From positions 131,316,001 through 131,380,000 of the forward strand of contig OX597819.1 in assembly GCA_951406725.2 (NCBI GenBank): a stretch of 64,000 nucleotides of DNA, given 5' to 3'. Source of the stretch: Octopus vulgaris (taxonomy: Eukaryota). The translations under genes were made by a program, and so were the position numbers. Below the pieces are notes generated by a model. The model searched no databases. It had not been told where the DNA came from and saw nothing but the letters and a program-made list of their open reading frames with translations. Of the stretch, positions 42,554 through 53,790 are shown one piece after another (position 1 is the stretch's first letter; each line of letters begins with the position of its first letter).

Positions 42554-42861
42554 CGGTGATGCAAACAGAAAAATTTTATTAATATTTATCAGAGGTAACA
42601 GAGTGACTCAAGATCCAAGAGTTTCGTGCGTGGACATTTATCAAATCATGTGTATGTATATATATATGTGTGTGTGTGTATGTATGTATGTATGTATGTA
42701 TATATATATATATATATATACTCTTACTCTTTACTCTTTTACTTGTTTCAGTCATTTGACTGCGGCCATGCTGGAGCACCGCCTTTAGTCGAGCAAATCG
42801 ACCCCGGGACTTATTCTTTGTAAGCCCAGTACTTATTCTATCGGTCTCTTTTGCCGAACCG

Positions 42862-42919
<58 letters not shown>

Positions 42920-42982
42920 AGAATTCACAAAAAAGCAAAAAATGAAGACAGGTGGTGTAGACAACAAACAGATGTATGTTTG

Positions 42983-43021
<39 letters not shown>

Positions 43022-44067
43022 AAATTATACGACTACCTATGTACTAATTAGTACATAGGTAATGGTTTTTTTATATTTCGTATATTTTCATTTGTCTTGC
43101 TTATTTTTACACTTTGTTTTTTTGCTGAATTTTTTTCTTGAGAACACATTCTTCGTGGAAAATGGCGATTTTGACGTCTATATCTAGCATACAGGCTGTC
43201 CATTTGTTTAGTGGTCAATCCTCTAAATTTTGCATATAAAAAAAATTTTAATCTTCGGATTTTTTTCTTAAATATGCTAGGCCACTGGTTTTAATTGATT
43301 AATATCAATTTCTACCCTTATTCAATTTATACACACACACACACACACACACATACACATATATATACCAGTGGTCTTCAACCAGGGTTCCGCCAGTACA
43401 GTCCAGGGGTTCCGCAAGAAGTTACAAAACTGCTAAAATCGACAGTAATTTCTAAGTCTCCTGTGCAGATATGTGTGCATAAGACTATTAAATTATTGCA
43501 CGGGGGTTCCTCGAGCCAGTGGAATGTTTCCTTGGGGTTCCGCTCCAGCAAAAAGTTTGAAAAGCGCTGATATATATGAATGCTTGTTTAACGAATGCAT
43601 ATGAAATAGAGAGAGACAGACACATGTGTAGGTGCGCGGGCACTTTTATATTTTTCAACATATCAGAACGTGTCTTTATTTCGCAATTTCAACTACAGCA
43701 GCAATTTCTCGTTGTTTCTTCCTCCAATCTAGATGGCTTTAGTAAACATGACCGCTGTGATTTCACAATACAACACCAGTATCCAAAGCCAGCTAAACAG
43801 AGAACTCAACTATCTTTGTGCCCCAGCAAGAAAAATCGGAGTTCCCTGCCATTACCCAAATGCTTGTTTTCAGCAAACTACCAGAAATGATGCCGTTTTT
43901 TACTGCCATCTACGGGATGCCAATTCACGCTTGAAAGATTTGAAGCTACTTTTATCGCAGATGGTAGGTATTTCAATGTTAATTGCGATTATATATCATT
44001 TTATCATTTTATTTATCTATTTGTCTGCCTATCTATCCATCCATCTATCTATCTATCAATCTATCTA

Positions 44068-44157
<90 letters not shown>

Positions 44158-44190
44158 TGTGTGTGTGTGTGTGTGTGTACATACACAGGT

Positions 44191-44236
<46 letters not shown>

Positions 44237-45063
44237 AATTCTGAACATTCCACCAATTTTTAATCGACAGTTGATGTCGATGGAAAAATCGGCCAGTAAT
44301 GTAATATGTCGCCTGCGTTAGATTTGAACCCACAAACTAGTTATCTAGTTATCTGTCAACAGTTAGATAAGATGGGACTTTATCTTGACCATTCTTTGTC
44401 CATACGTTTCTCAAAGAAAGTCCAAGCTAATACCAGTTCCATTAACTTTAATCCAAGAAACGTTCTAGAAACATCATCCGTTGTAAAAGATTTCTTTAAT
44501 CCATTCCTAAAACCCCGTGGATGGTTTCGGTTTCTTTAAGAGAAAGACAAAAGGAAATTATTTCGGGATTTTGTTGCAGTGATAAGTGGGAGCAGAGTAA
44601 AACTGCCAAGAGCTTCATTGGCTTGGAATATTGAGATGGAATCGGTAACAGGGAGACAGAAGACATTCCGTAGAACAGCCGGCTCTACATACATAAGATG
44701 CAAACGGTGGCGACTCTTCATCGGTGTCAATATGCCATAATGATGATTGTTACAAAACACTTTCCTGTTAATTTCTATCGATCTTCAGAGTTGTTTCGAT
44801 TGATCAAAATATTTATTGATTATCGATTTCAGATTACTTATTATACACTTCAATCAGATTAATCAAGTGATTTACATGTTTTTGTTTTTTTACCATTTTA
44901 GGTGCAAAGCTACGCTCTTCAAGACCCCGCCGTTGACATCAATCTCCTAGTAGAACCGGCGACCCCCATAATAGTGACCCGATGGTTTTCAATGGTCACT
45001 CTCCATCATCTACAAGAACAAGTTAGTCGAGTGAAAAACAAGCTTCTATTAGTAAAATTATAA
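37448..45063 (+). CDS. Spliced 5-exon gene: join(37448..37451,37610..37764,38442..38576,43733..43963,44902..45063); 228-aa secreted protein, putative long-chain four-helix-bundle cytokine (IL-6/LIF/IL-11-like)
   Basis: All four introns are GT-AG with pyrimidine tracts, and the exons join in frame with no stops: [53 protein letters not shown]|[45 protein letters not shown]|[77 protein letters not shown]|[53 protein letters not shown]. It has a signal peptide, intron phases 1,0,0,0, an upstream TATA box and downstream AREs plus AATAAA. The gene model is well supported; the family call is inference. Confidence 0.8.
37610..37764 (+). CDS. Cytokine-like gene exon 2 (signal peptide and helix A)
   Basis: tcgttccag| acceptor, TATTAT|gtaagt donor; encodes (V)[22 protein letters not shown]...VLQYY. 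Confidence 0.85.
37944..38092. repeat. 73-bp tandem duplication in intron 2
   Basis: gaacgattgaccagtcaccag...gatggc(a/g)atatcg twice. Confidence 0.9.
38442..38576 (+). CDS. Cytokine-like gene exon 3 (AB loop)
   Basis: tcattttttag| acceptor, CAG|gtatgt donor; 135 nt, phase 0-0, open frame. Confidence 0.85.
39290..40305 (-). mobile_element. Penelope-like element relic in intron 3 of the cytokine-like gene
   Basis: [31 protein letters not shown]...[17 protein letters not shown]; CTGAAGA...GAAACTC remnant at ~39297-39343 (-). Confidence 0.8.
40853..41659. mobile_element. Non-autonomous TIR DNA transposon in intron 3
   Basis: 24-bp TIR GGATCTTTTC(A/T)ATTCTGAAGCCAG with one mismatch; no clear TSD. 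Confidence 0.7.
42105..42552. repeat. (CATA)n/(GATA)n microsatellite
   Basis: Direct inspection. Confidence 0.95.
43369..43569. mobile_element. hAT-like MITE
   Basis: CAGTGGTCTTCAA...TTGAAAAGCGCTG termini, repeated GGGGTTCC motifs, near-identical 8-bp flanks atatata(c/t). Confidence 0.6.
43733..43963 (+). CDS. Cytokine-like gene exon 4 (helices B and C)
   Basis: gtttcttcctccaatctag| acceptor, ATG|gtaggt donor; 231 nt, phase 0-0; first 77 aa of ORF 43733..44263. Confidence 0.85.
44902..45063 (+). CDS. Cytokine-like gene exon 5 (CD loop, helix D, stop)
   Basis: ttttaccattttag| acceptor; 53 aa then TAA; amphipathic C-terminal helix [22 protein letters not shown]. Confidence 0.85.
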   Translation: MQSYALQDPAVDINLLVEPATPIIVTRWFSMVTLHHLQEQVSRVKNKLLLVKL

Positions 45064-45760
45064 TCAGGGATTTATTTAAATGAAACATTTCAGATGTGTG
45101 TGAGTGCGTGTGTGTGTCTGTATGTGTTGTGTGTGTGTGTCTGTATGTGTTGTGTGTGTGTGTCTGTATGTGTTGTGTGTGTGTGTCTGTATGTGTTCTG
45201 TGTGTGTGTCTGTATGTGTTGTGTGTGTGTGTCTGTATGTGTTGTGTGTGTGTGTGTCTGTGTTGTGTGTGTGTGTCTGTATGTGTTGTGTGTGTGTGTC
45301 TGTATGTGTTGTGTGTGTGTGTGTCTGTGTTGTGTGTGTGTGTCTGTATGTGTTGTGTGTGTGTGTGTCTGTATGTGTTGTGTGTGTGTGTGTGTCTGTG
45401 TTGTGTGTGTGTGAGTGTGTGTGTGTATGCGCGTGCACGAATGTATGTAAATATGTATATTATTTTACATTAATTTATTCACACCTTATGGCGAGCGCTG
45501 TGGTCAGGTAATGGTCAATCGTTTCTGCAATACTGAATCACTCCGACCACTTCAGATACGATGCTGATACCTTTGAAAACGCCATCGATTCTGCATTCGG
45601 TGTTTTCTGAAACCGTATAGGGCATTTGATTGTAATCGAACTTCCAGAAAACAAAATCAATATTTATTTAATGAACATAATCAATATTTAATTTATATTA
45701 AAATGGTTAAATTGTAATAAAATTTGTGAAAACTATTTCTTTTGCTTTTTTTATTTCATT
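45064..45760 (+). promoter_or_regulatory. 3' UTR with AU-rich elements and poly(A) signal
   Basis: ATTTATTTA at 45070 and 45662, further ATTTA at 45473 and ~45686-45695; AATAAA at 45716-45721 followed by a T-rich tract. Confidence 0.6.
45094..45430. repeat. TG-rich minisatellite within the predicted 3' UTR
   Basis: Units of about gtctgtatgtgttgtgtgtgtgt. Confidence 0.9.
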
Positions 45761-46139
45761 ATTTGTTTTATATTTGTATTTTTCTTTTGCTAAACTTGAC
45801 GCGCTGCACATCTTGCGTTTCACTTCGACAATAAAAGACAAAATGTTCGTTTCCATAGAAATTTTCAAAGCCGAGATTAAAACTGATGTGGCTATCAACA
45901 CAGAAATAAATGGACCAGCGCAAAGCCGAGACCGTGGGACACCCATCATCGGGCTCTGCATCTATGCAGTTCTGTAGTTTCGAAGCTAAGACGTTGAATA
46001 ATGACTCAGGACTTTATGAATTGGCCGATAACTAGATTTACAAGACCATCGTAGGATAATTGATAATTACTACTTTACTAATGACGGGAACAGATGGCAA
46101 GTATAGTCGTCTTCGGATCTGTGTATGTGAGCGTGTGCA

Positions 46140-46180
<41 letters not shown>

Positions 46181-47274
46181 TTGTGTGTGTGTCTGAGTTT
46201 GTCCTCCACCATCGTTTGTTAACTGATGCTGGTGTATTTACATCTCCGTAACTTAGCGATTCGACAAAAGTAACCGATAGAATGAGTACTAGGCTTACAA
46301 AGAATAAGTCGTGTGGTCGATTTGTTCGACTAAAGGTGCTGCTCCAGCATGGCCACTGTCAATTGGCGGAAACAAGTAAAAGAATAAAAATGTAAACTTC
46401 GGAACACCATTTCCCATCAAATACAATCACATCTGAAGTTTTGTATTGCTTCAGTAAATGGTTAGTAAATCTTAAGGAAGAGTCTCTGCTACTCTATCAA
46501 AACCACGATCAACGACATCGGTGCACGACCATCCTCAGGTAAAGACTACTTCAATATCGCATTCACATATCAGAAAAATATGTCGCAATCGTGCAGTTTT
46601 AATGGTAGAATATAGTACTCAGGGAATAAAATGTTCTTCGTGAAGGAAGTCGCTAATGAAGATGTCAACACTTTAATGACTGGACTGTGTCATTAATCCA
46701 ATGAGTGTGAAATGCCTCTGGTGCAAACACTTGTGTGTCTGTGTGTGAATAACTTCATGTCCAAGCTTTTATTCAGATGCGTAACAAACGAATTCATAGC
46801 AGTTACGCCTTGTATGCTAGTAAAGTGGGAGCTAACCAATGTTTGCTTGGAATGTTCTAGAACATTCGACAGGAAGATAACTGTAGTTGACACCCAACGA
46901 ATATTTTACAAACCTGTTTCAAATAGAGTTGCCAACACATTGATGCAAAAAGAGTAAAAAGAAATTGCTTTAATACCTGAAGCAAACGCACGAACGTTTA
47001 ACTCGATATTTATTGCCGCATAATAACGATATTTGGTGTTGGCGAATTGCAATGAGCAATATTAATGATTATTATAATCAGTAGAAGGTGGCGTGCTGGC
47101 GGAATCGTCAATAAATAAGTACCAGTCATGTACTGAGGTCGATGTACACGATTTAACCCCTCCTCTGAATTTACTGGCCTTGTGTCAAAATTCGAAACCA
47201 ATATTAATAATAGCCGAATGAGAAGCGAAGAAAACTGCTCTGAAAATATAAAAAAAACGCTATTTGTGTGACAT

Positions 47275-47434
47275 CATGGGGCGGACTGAGAGAATTGAGG
47301 GCCCTCGGGCATAAATGTTTACTAGGCCCCTTTGAATGTGTGTTTTGGTTGAGTTAACATGTAGAGGGCGAACCCCTCAGAGTTCCGGACCCTCGGGGAG
47401 TGTCCGATTGCCCGACGGTTCAGTCCGCCCCTTG
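47275..47434. mobile_element. Short TIR MITE
   Basis: ggggcggactga ... tcagtccgcccc inverted termini. Confidence 0.5.
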
Positions 47435-47683
47435 ATGTGTTTAGGTTCCGTGAGCTGTCTGCTCCATACTGGGGGTGGGGCAGTTTCTGGTTTCAGTAGT
47501 CTGTCGGTCGTCTGAGTTGGCAAGAGGTCAGGCGTGTGAATCTGTCGGCCGCCCTCAACACCCTGTTATGAGTTAAGCACCGAACTGTTTTCATGGGGCA
47601 CAAGTGGTTAACTTTTAGAAAAGCCGAGTAAGTCATATCTTACCACAGCCGAGTATCTAGCGGTTGGGGTTCGAATATCCGTT

Positions 47684-48107
47684 ACACATACATACACACA
47701 CGCGCATAAACACACAAACACATATATGCATGTACACACACACACATATATATGCAAGTACACGCACGCACACACATGCATGCACACCACATACACACAC
47801 ACGCACATATGCATGCATGCGCACACACACACACCACACATACATATATACATGCACACGCACGCATACACACATATATGCATGCACACACACACATATA
47901 TGCATGCGCGCGCACACACACACACACACATGCATGCGCACACACGCATACACACATACATATATACATGCACACGCACGCATACACACATACACAAACA
48001 TATATGCATGCACACACACACACATATATGCATGCGCACACACGCACACCACACACACATATATACATGCACACGCACGCATACACACATGCACAAACAT
48101 ATATGCA

Positions 48108-48156
<49 letters not shown>

Positions 48157-48342
48157 GCATGCACACATACACACATTACACACATATATACATGCACACG
48201 CACACACACAGACACACATGTATGGACACGCATGCACACACATGCATACACACACACACACACTATACATACATATGCACACAGACACACGCGCGCGCGC
48301 ATAAATATACACCACACACACATATGCTTGCACACGCACACA
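47684..48342. repeat. Alternating purine-pyrimidine (CA/TA/GC) low-complexity tract
   Basis: Direct inspection. Confidence 0.9.
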
Positions 48343-48883
48343 CCAGTGACCTGTTGCTATGGTAACACCACACATAACTCTTTAGATAACTCTTTGAGAC
48401 AAATTTCCATCCGCGACATCAAAACTTTCTTTTATCAGTAAAAGTCCACAAGTCAATTACAAGGGGAATAACTCAAGTAAGGCCGTATGTTTAGAGTGTC
48501 TAGAAAAAGGACGACGTATGCCACAGAACCGTTTATTTCTTGGACTGAGGCCAGCCCAAGTGACTTCCATTTCTTGAGTGGTATTAATCTTTATATATAA
48601 AAGTGAGGTTGTGTGCTGTCTGTCTCCTACGATTTAGATTCCTAACTACTCCCTTTTAAACTATACTACGACTTCTTAGAAGTTTTGGAATTTATTCAAC
48701 GTGTATGTCAAAGTTTTAAGACATTTTAAACATTATTTTAATGGGTTGGGGATCTTCTTAAATTTTTCTCCCAACCTCTTGAAGCTTCTCAAATTTTCAC
48801 CAGATTATTTTCAAATGATGTACTTATAATGTTATTTTTCTTGTTGATGACGAAACTCGCATTTATTTTTTTGTTTCTGGAAA

Positions 48884-50164
48884 TCTATATATATAAAACT
48901 GTAGTTGTGTGAGTGTCTGTCCCCTTCGATTTAGATTCCTAACTACTCCCGCATTTTGCGGTGCAGTTTAACCAAATTCGGGTATCTTATAGTCGTGATT
49001 CATATCGAGCCCGTCTGGGTATTAGTGCGCGTCTACGATGAGTCTACGATTTTAAAAATAATCTAACATCATTTTTTATTCCATTTTAATGCATATTTTT
49101 TCGTGTGTCGATGGCGGCGGAGTTGGCGTCCATCTCACACCTGCACCTGTGTTGCTTCTCCCCCTTCTTCCCTCCCTTGTGAAGCTGTGGGGAAGGGAGT
49201 GTAAGGAAATCAACGTCGTAATGCGTTGTCAAGGAGACCAGCGTTCTTTTAGAACAACGACTTCATGGCTTGAAGTCGCCAAAACAGAAATCGCTAAAAA
49301 AAGCTGAAACAGATCCACAAAAACGGCAATTACCGCCACACAGGGCAGGTTTCCTGTGCAAACAATTTGCACAACCGAATGTTTTAATTGTTGCACAAAT
49401 CTTTATATATAAAAGTAAGGTTGTGTGTCTGTCTCCTACGATTTAGATTCCTAACTACTCCCACATTTTGCGGTGCAGTGTAACCAAAACCGGGTATCTT
49501 ATAGTCGTGATTCATATCGAGCCCTTCTGGGTATTAGCGCGCGACTACGATGAGTCTACGATTTTCTATTCCATTTTAATGCATTTTTCGCTATTATATA
49601 AGGGAAGTAACTTTCTAAAAATGTCTACGATGAGTCAACGATTAAAAAAAAAATTACCATCATTTTTTATTCCATTTTTAATGCATTTTTTGCTATTTTT
49701 TTGCTATAACTCACTAAAAATGCTTATATAGTTATTTCCCTTACAAACCCGAGCAACGCCGGGCGATACTGCTAGTCTATATATATAAAAGTGAAGTTGT
49801 GTGTCTGTCTCCTACGATTTAGATTCCTAACTACTCCCATTTTGCGGTGCAGTTTAACCAAAACTGGGTATCTTATAGTCGTGATTCATATCGAGCCCTT
49901 CTGGGTATTAGCGCGCGTCTACGATGAGTCTACGATTTTTAAAATAATTTACCATCGTTTTTTCCATTTTAACGCATATTTTTTAAATAAAGGGAAGTAA
50001 CTCTCTAAAAATGTCTACGATGAGTCAACGATTTAAAAAAAAATTTACCATAATTTTTTTTCCATTTTTAATGCATTTTTTGCTATTTTTTGGCTATAAC
50101 TCTCTAAAAATGCTTTATAGTTATTTCCCTTACAAACCCGAGCAACGCCGGGTGATACTGCTAG
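48884..50164 (+). mobile_element. Tandem/nested array of non-autonomous Helitrons
   Basis: 5' TC(T/A)TATATATAAAA starts at 48884, 49400 and 49776; 3' CCCG..CGGG hairpin followed by CTAG at 49772-49775 and 50161-50164. Confidence 0.8.
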
Positions 50165-50438
50165 TTAATGATAAAGAACTTAGAAACATTTCAAATAATG
50201 TAATTTGAACAGATCAAAAGCGTGCATTGTTAACGTTATTGTTCTTGCTCATCTCCATTGCCGTGGAAATGTGCAGACACGAAGGTTTTGCCTGATCTCT
50301 CAGTTTACTAGAAATAGCAGCCGAATCTTCCTTAAACTACACCATAGTGTCTAGAAAAAGGACGACGTATGCCACAGAACCGTTTATTTCTTTGACTGAG
50401 GCCAGCCCAAGTGACTTCCATTTGTTGAGTGGTATTAA

Positions 50439-50838
50439 TCTTTAGATATAAAAGAGAGGTTGTGTGCTGTCTGTCTCCTACGATTTAGATTCCTAACTAC
50501 TCCCACATTTTCCGGTGCAGTGTAACCAAAACCGGGTATCTTATAGTCGGGATTCATATCGAGCCCTTCTGGGTATTAGTGCGCGTCTACGATGAGTCTA
50601 CGATTTTTAAAAAAAATTACCATCGTTTTTTCCATTTTAATGCATTTTTTCGCTATTATATAAGGGAAGTAACTCTCTAAAAATGTCTACGATGAGTCAA
50701 CGATTTAAAAAAAAATTTACCATCATTTTTTTTCCATTTTTAATGCATTTTTTTGCTATTTTTTTGCTATAACTCTCTAAAAATGCTTATATAGTTATTT
50801 CCCTTACAAACCCGAGCAACGCCGGGCGATACTGCTAG
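50439..50838 (+). mobile_element. Non-autonomous Helitron
   Basis: A|TC start; hairpin then CTAG|T end. Confidence 0.8.
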
Positions 50839-51595
50839 TAATATTTAAATTAAAGTCAGACTCCATCACTGAAATTATTTATTGAACTTAGGACCCTCGA
50901 AACACCGACTGGACTTAAAAATCGATTTTAAATATACTTTGCGGGTTTACGTTTTGAGTTCAAATTCCCCCGGGATCCACCATCGTTTCGGGAGCTCTAG
51001 GGGGTCGATGTAATCGACCAGCCTCCCATCCACCCAGCCGCGCTCCTTTTAAAATCTCAGGCCCCTTTTACCTAGAGTAGAAAAGGTTGTTTCAGATGTC
51101 ACTGAGATGGTGAGTTGGACAAAATGCTTCGCAGGATTTCGTCTGGTTCTTAACGTTTTGAGTTCAAATAGAGCCGAGGTCAACTTCACCCTTTATCCTT
51201 CCGAGATCAATAAAACAAAATGTTTGTCCAATAATGGGGTTGTCAGCATCAATTAACGTTTTTCTTCCATTCGTCCCACCAAAAATCGACTCCCTTTTGT
51301 CAAAATTTGAAACATTTACCACAGATTTCCCTTTTTAATTGCTAGACAGCTTAATGTTTTGAAGCCATTACACTGGGATTGTTTATAAGGAGACATCATT
51401 TCATTTGCATATTCGTTTCACCGACTCCAATTATCCAAGTATAATTCCACAAATATATGTTCCTAAAAACCAAAGATTGTCCTTATGAAGTATATATTCC
51501 TGAAATGTTACGCTAAACTAGGACTGGAAAGCTTTTGGGTATTATTTTTAGTAGCAAGGATCATCATCATCATCATCATCATCACCATCACCACC

Positions 51596-51629
<34 letters not shown>

Positions 51630-53790
51630 TTATTTGACAAAAACTCACAGCTTATTTTTCTGAGAAAGATGGAATGTGTCAGCTGTCCACAGCTGCCAGA
51701 CTAAGGTGACATTTGTTTCCTGGTCATGCTTCAAGAACCCTGCCAAGAATTCTTGCAGCTCCAAGCAATGCTGATTGTTGTAGGTGTTCTACCTTCACAC
51801 TTGCACCGATCTTTTTCGGACATGTTGGTAGTTGAGTGCGGATACTTCCAACTGCACCAATTACTATTGGCATCACGTCGACTCTCCTCATTGACCACAA
51901 CCTTCTCATTTCCCACTTCAAATCGCCATAATTGGTTATTGTTTCTGTTTCTTTCCCATTGATCCTGTTGTCACTGGGTATGCTATGTCGATTATCATAC
52001 ATGTTCATTCTTTCTTATTCACCACAACAATGTCCGGTTTCTCATGTCTGGTCAGGTGATCGCACTGGATCATTACATCCCACAGAATTTTGCAATTCTC
52101 ATTCTCAGTGATTCCTTCTGGGTTTTGTTCATACCACGTCTTTGCTCTTTGTAAGCCATGATTTCCCATTGAATCATTCTTGCCACATTGCCATGGCGTC
52201 TTTTGTATTCGCGTTGTACCAATTTCGGGCATTCGCTAACGATGTTCCATTCCGTTTCACTCCTCTCACCACACATTCTGCATTTGTCGCCATCGGTTGT
52301 GTTGTCTATCCTGCACTTCACATTATTGGTCCTTAACTCTTGTTCCTGAGCAGCGCATATGAGTGCTTCTGTCTCTATCTTCAGGTCACTCCTCTTCATC
52401 CAGAGCCACCAGTCCTTTCTATCTGTCTTAACAGTCACACCTCTTGCAAACTGATCCAACATTTTCTTTTCCTTCCATGCTTTTTCTTTATTTTCTTTCA
52501 TTTCTTGTTTAAATTTTTCTTTCCTTACACAATTCTCAGTTTTGACGACGCCGGCCTTCTTCTTCGTGTGTTTGAACAGAGGCTCCACGGCATTTTTTAT
52601 ATCCCACCCTGATCTGTTTTCCTCTTCTGCAATACAATCCTGGCAACTGATCAAACCTCTCCCACCCTTTCTTCTGGACAAGTACAGCCTATTGGTGTCA
52701 CTCTTAGGGTACTGTCAACATGTTTCTGGTCTTGGTATCCATTTTCTTCATTTCTCTCTTTTGCCATTTTATAATTCCCGCTCCATACCGAAGTGATGCT
52801 AATATCGCTCAGGTATTAACTGCTTGGATTTTATTCCATCCAGTCAGTTTTGAGCGTAGCACCAACCTCAGTCTTCGGAAATATTCCATCTTCTTTCATT
52901 TCCTTTTCCATTATTTCGTTGAACTTTAGTACACCAAGGTATTTGCATCCTTCCATTTCAATTTGCTTAACCAAGTCTTTATTCAGTAATTCTATCCCAG
53001 CTAGGGACTGTACCTTGCCTCTTTTTAGGTAGATTACTCTGCGCTTCTTGTGTCCAAATTCCATTCTAATATCGGTACTAAAACTGTGGACCATGTTCAC
53101 CAAGGAACTCACTCGTCTCATCCTTGCCATAGTTTCAAAATCATCCACGATGAGTAGATGGTTGATTGTTTGGGATTTTTCCTTTAGTTGGTACCCCAGG
53201 GTCATTTCCCTGAGTAACAAGGTCAGGAGTATCATGCAGAGAGCAAAAAGCAACGGAGATAGGCTGTCACCCTGGAAAATCCCTCTTTTGATACCCAGAA
53301 GATGTCAGTTCAGTTTTCCATCCCACCATACTTCGCTTTAGGAAACAAGTTACATTCCTCGCAGTTCCAAACAGATCTAAGCATTCGATGATCCACGAAT
53401 GTGGAATCATATCATAAGCTTTGCGATAGACAATCTAAGACATTCTCAAATTTGTTCTCCTTCGTTTACAATCTTGCATTACCATTTTGTCTATCAGTAA
53501 TTAGTCTTTGGTTCCTCTGCATCTCCTACAGTTTTTTTGTTCCAGTGGTAATATATCGTTTGCATCAAGAAATTTATACAGTTCTTCTGCAATTCCTCCT
53601 GACAGTAATTTCCAAATTAACAGGAGGCAGGAAATTGGTCTGTAATGATCAGCAACACATCCATTCGATGCATCCCCGGATAAGGTTTGTTTTAAGGATG
53701 ATGCACAAAACATCAATGCTTCGAGAAGTGAATTATTCAAAACCCGAAGAATCCCTCTCAACACATGTCTATGATGTTCCCCCACTACTT
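51630..53790 (-). mobile_element. Dong/R4-clade (REL endonuclease) non-LTR retrotransposon, frameshifted
   Basis: RT motifs YRPISCL, YRKAYDMIPHSW, GIFQGDSLSP, INHLLIVDD; zinc knuckle KCRMCG..NIVSEC..YKRRH; REL motif KPDIVVVNKK; (ATG)n tail. Confidence 0.9.
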
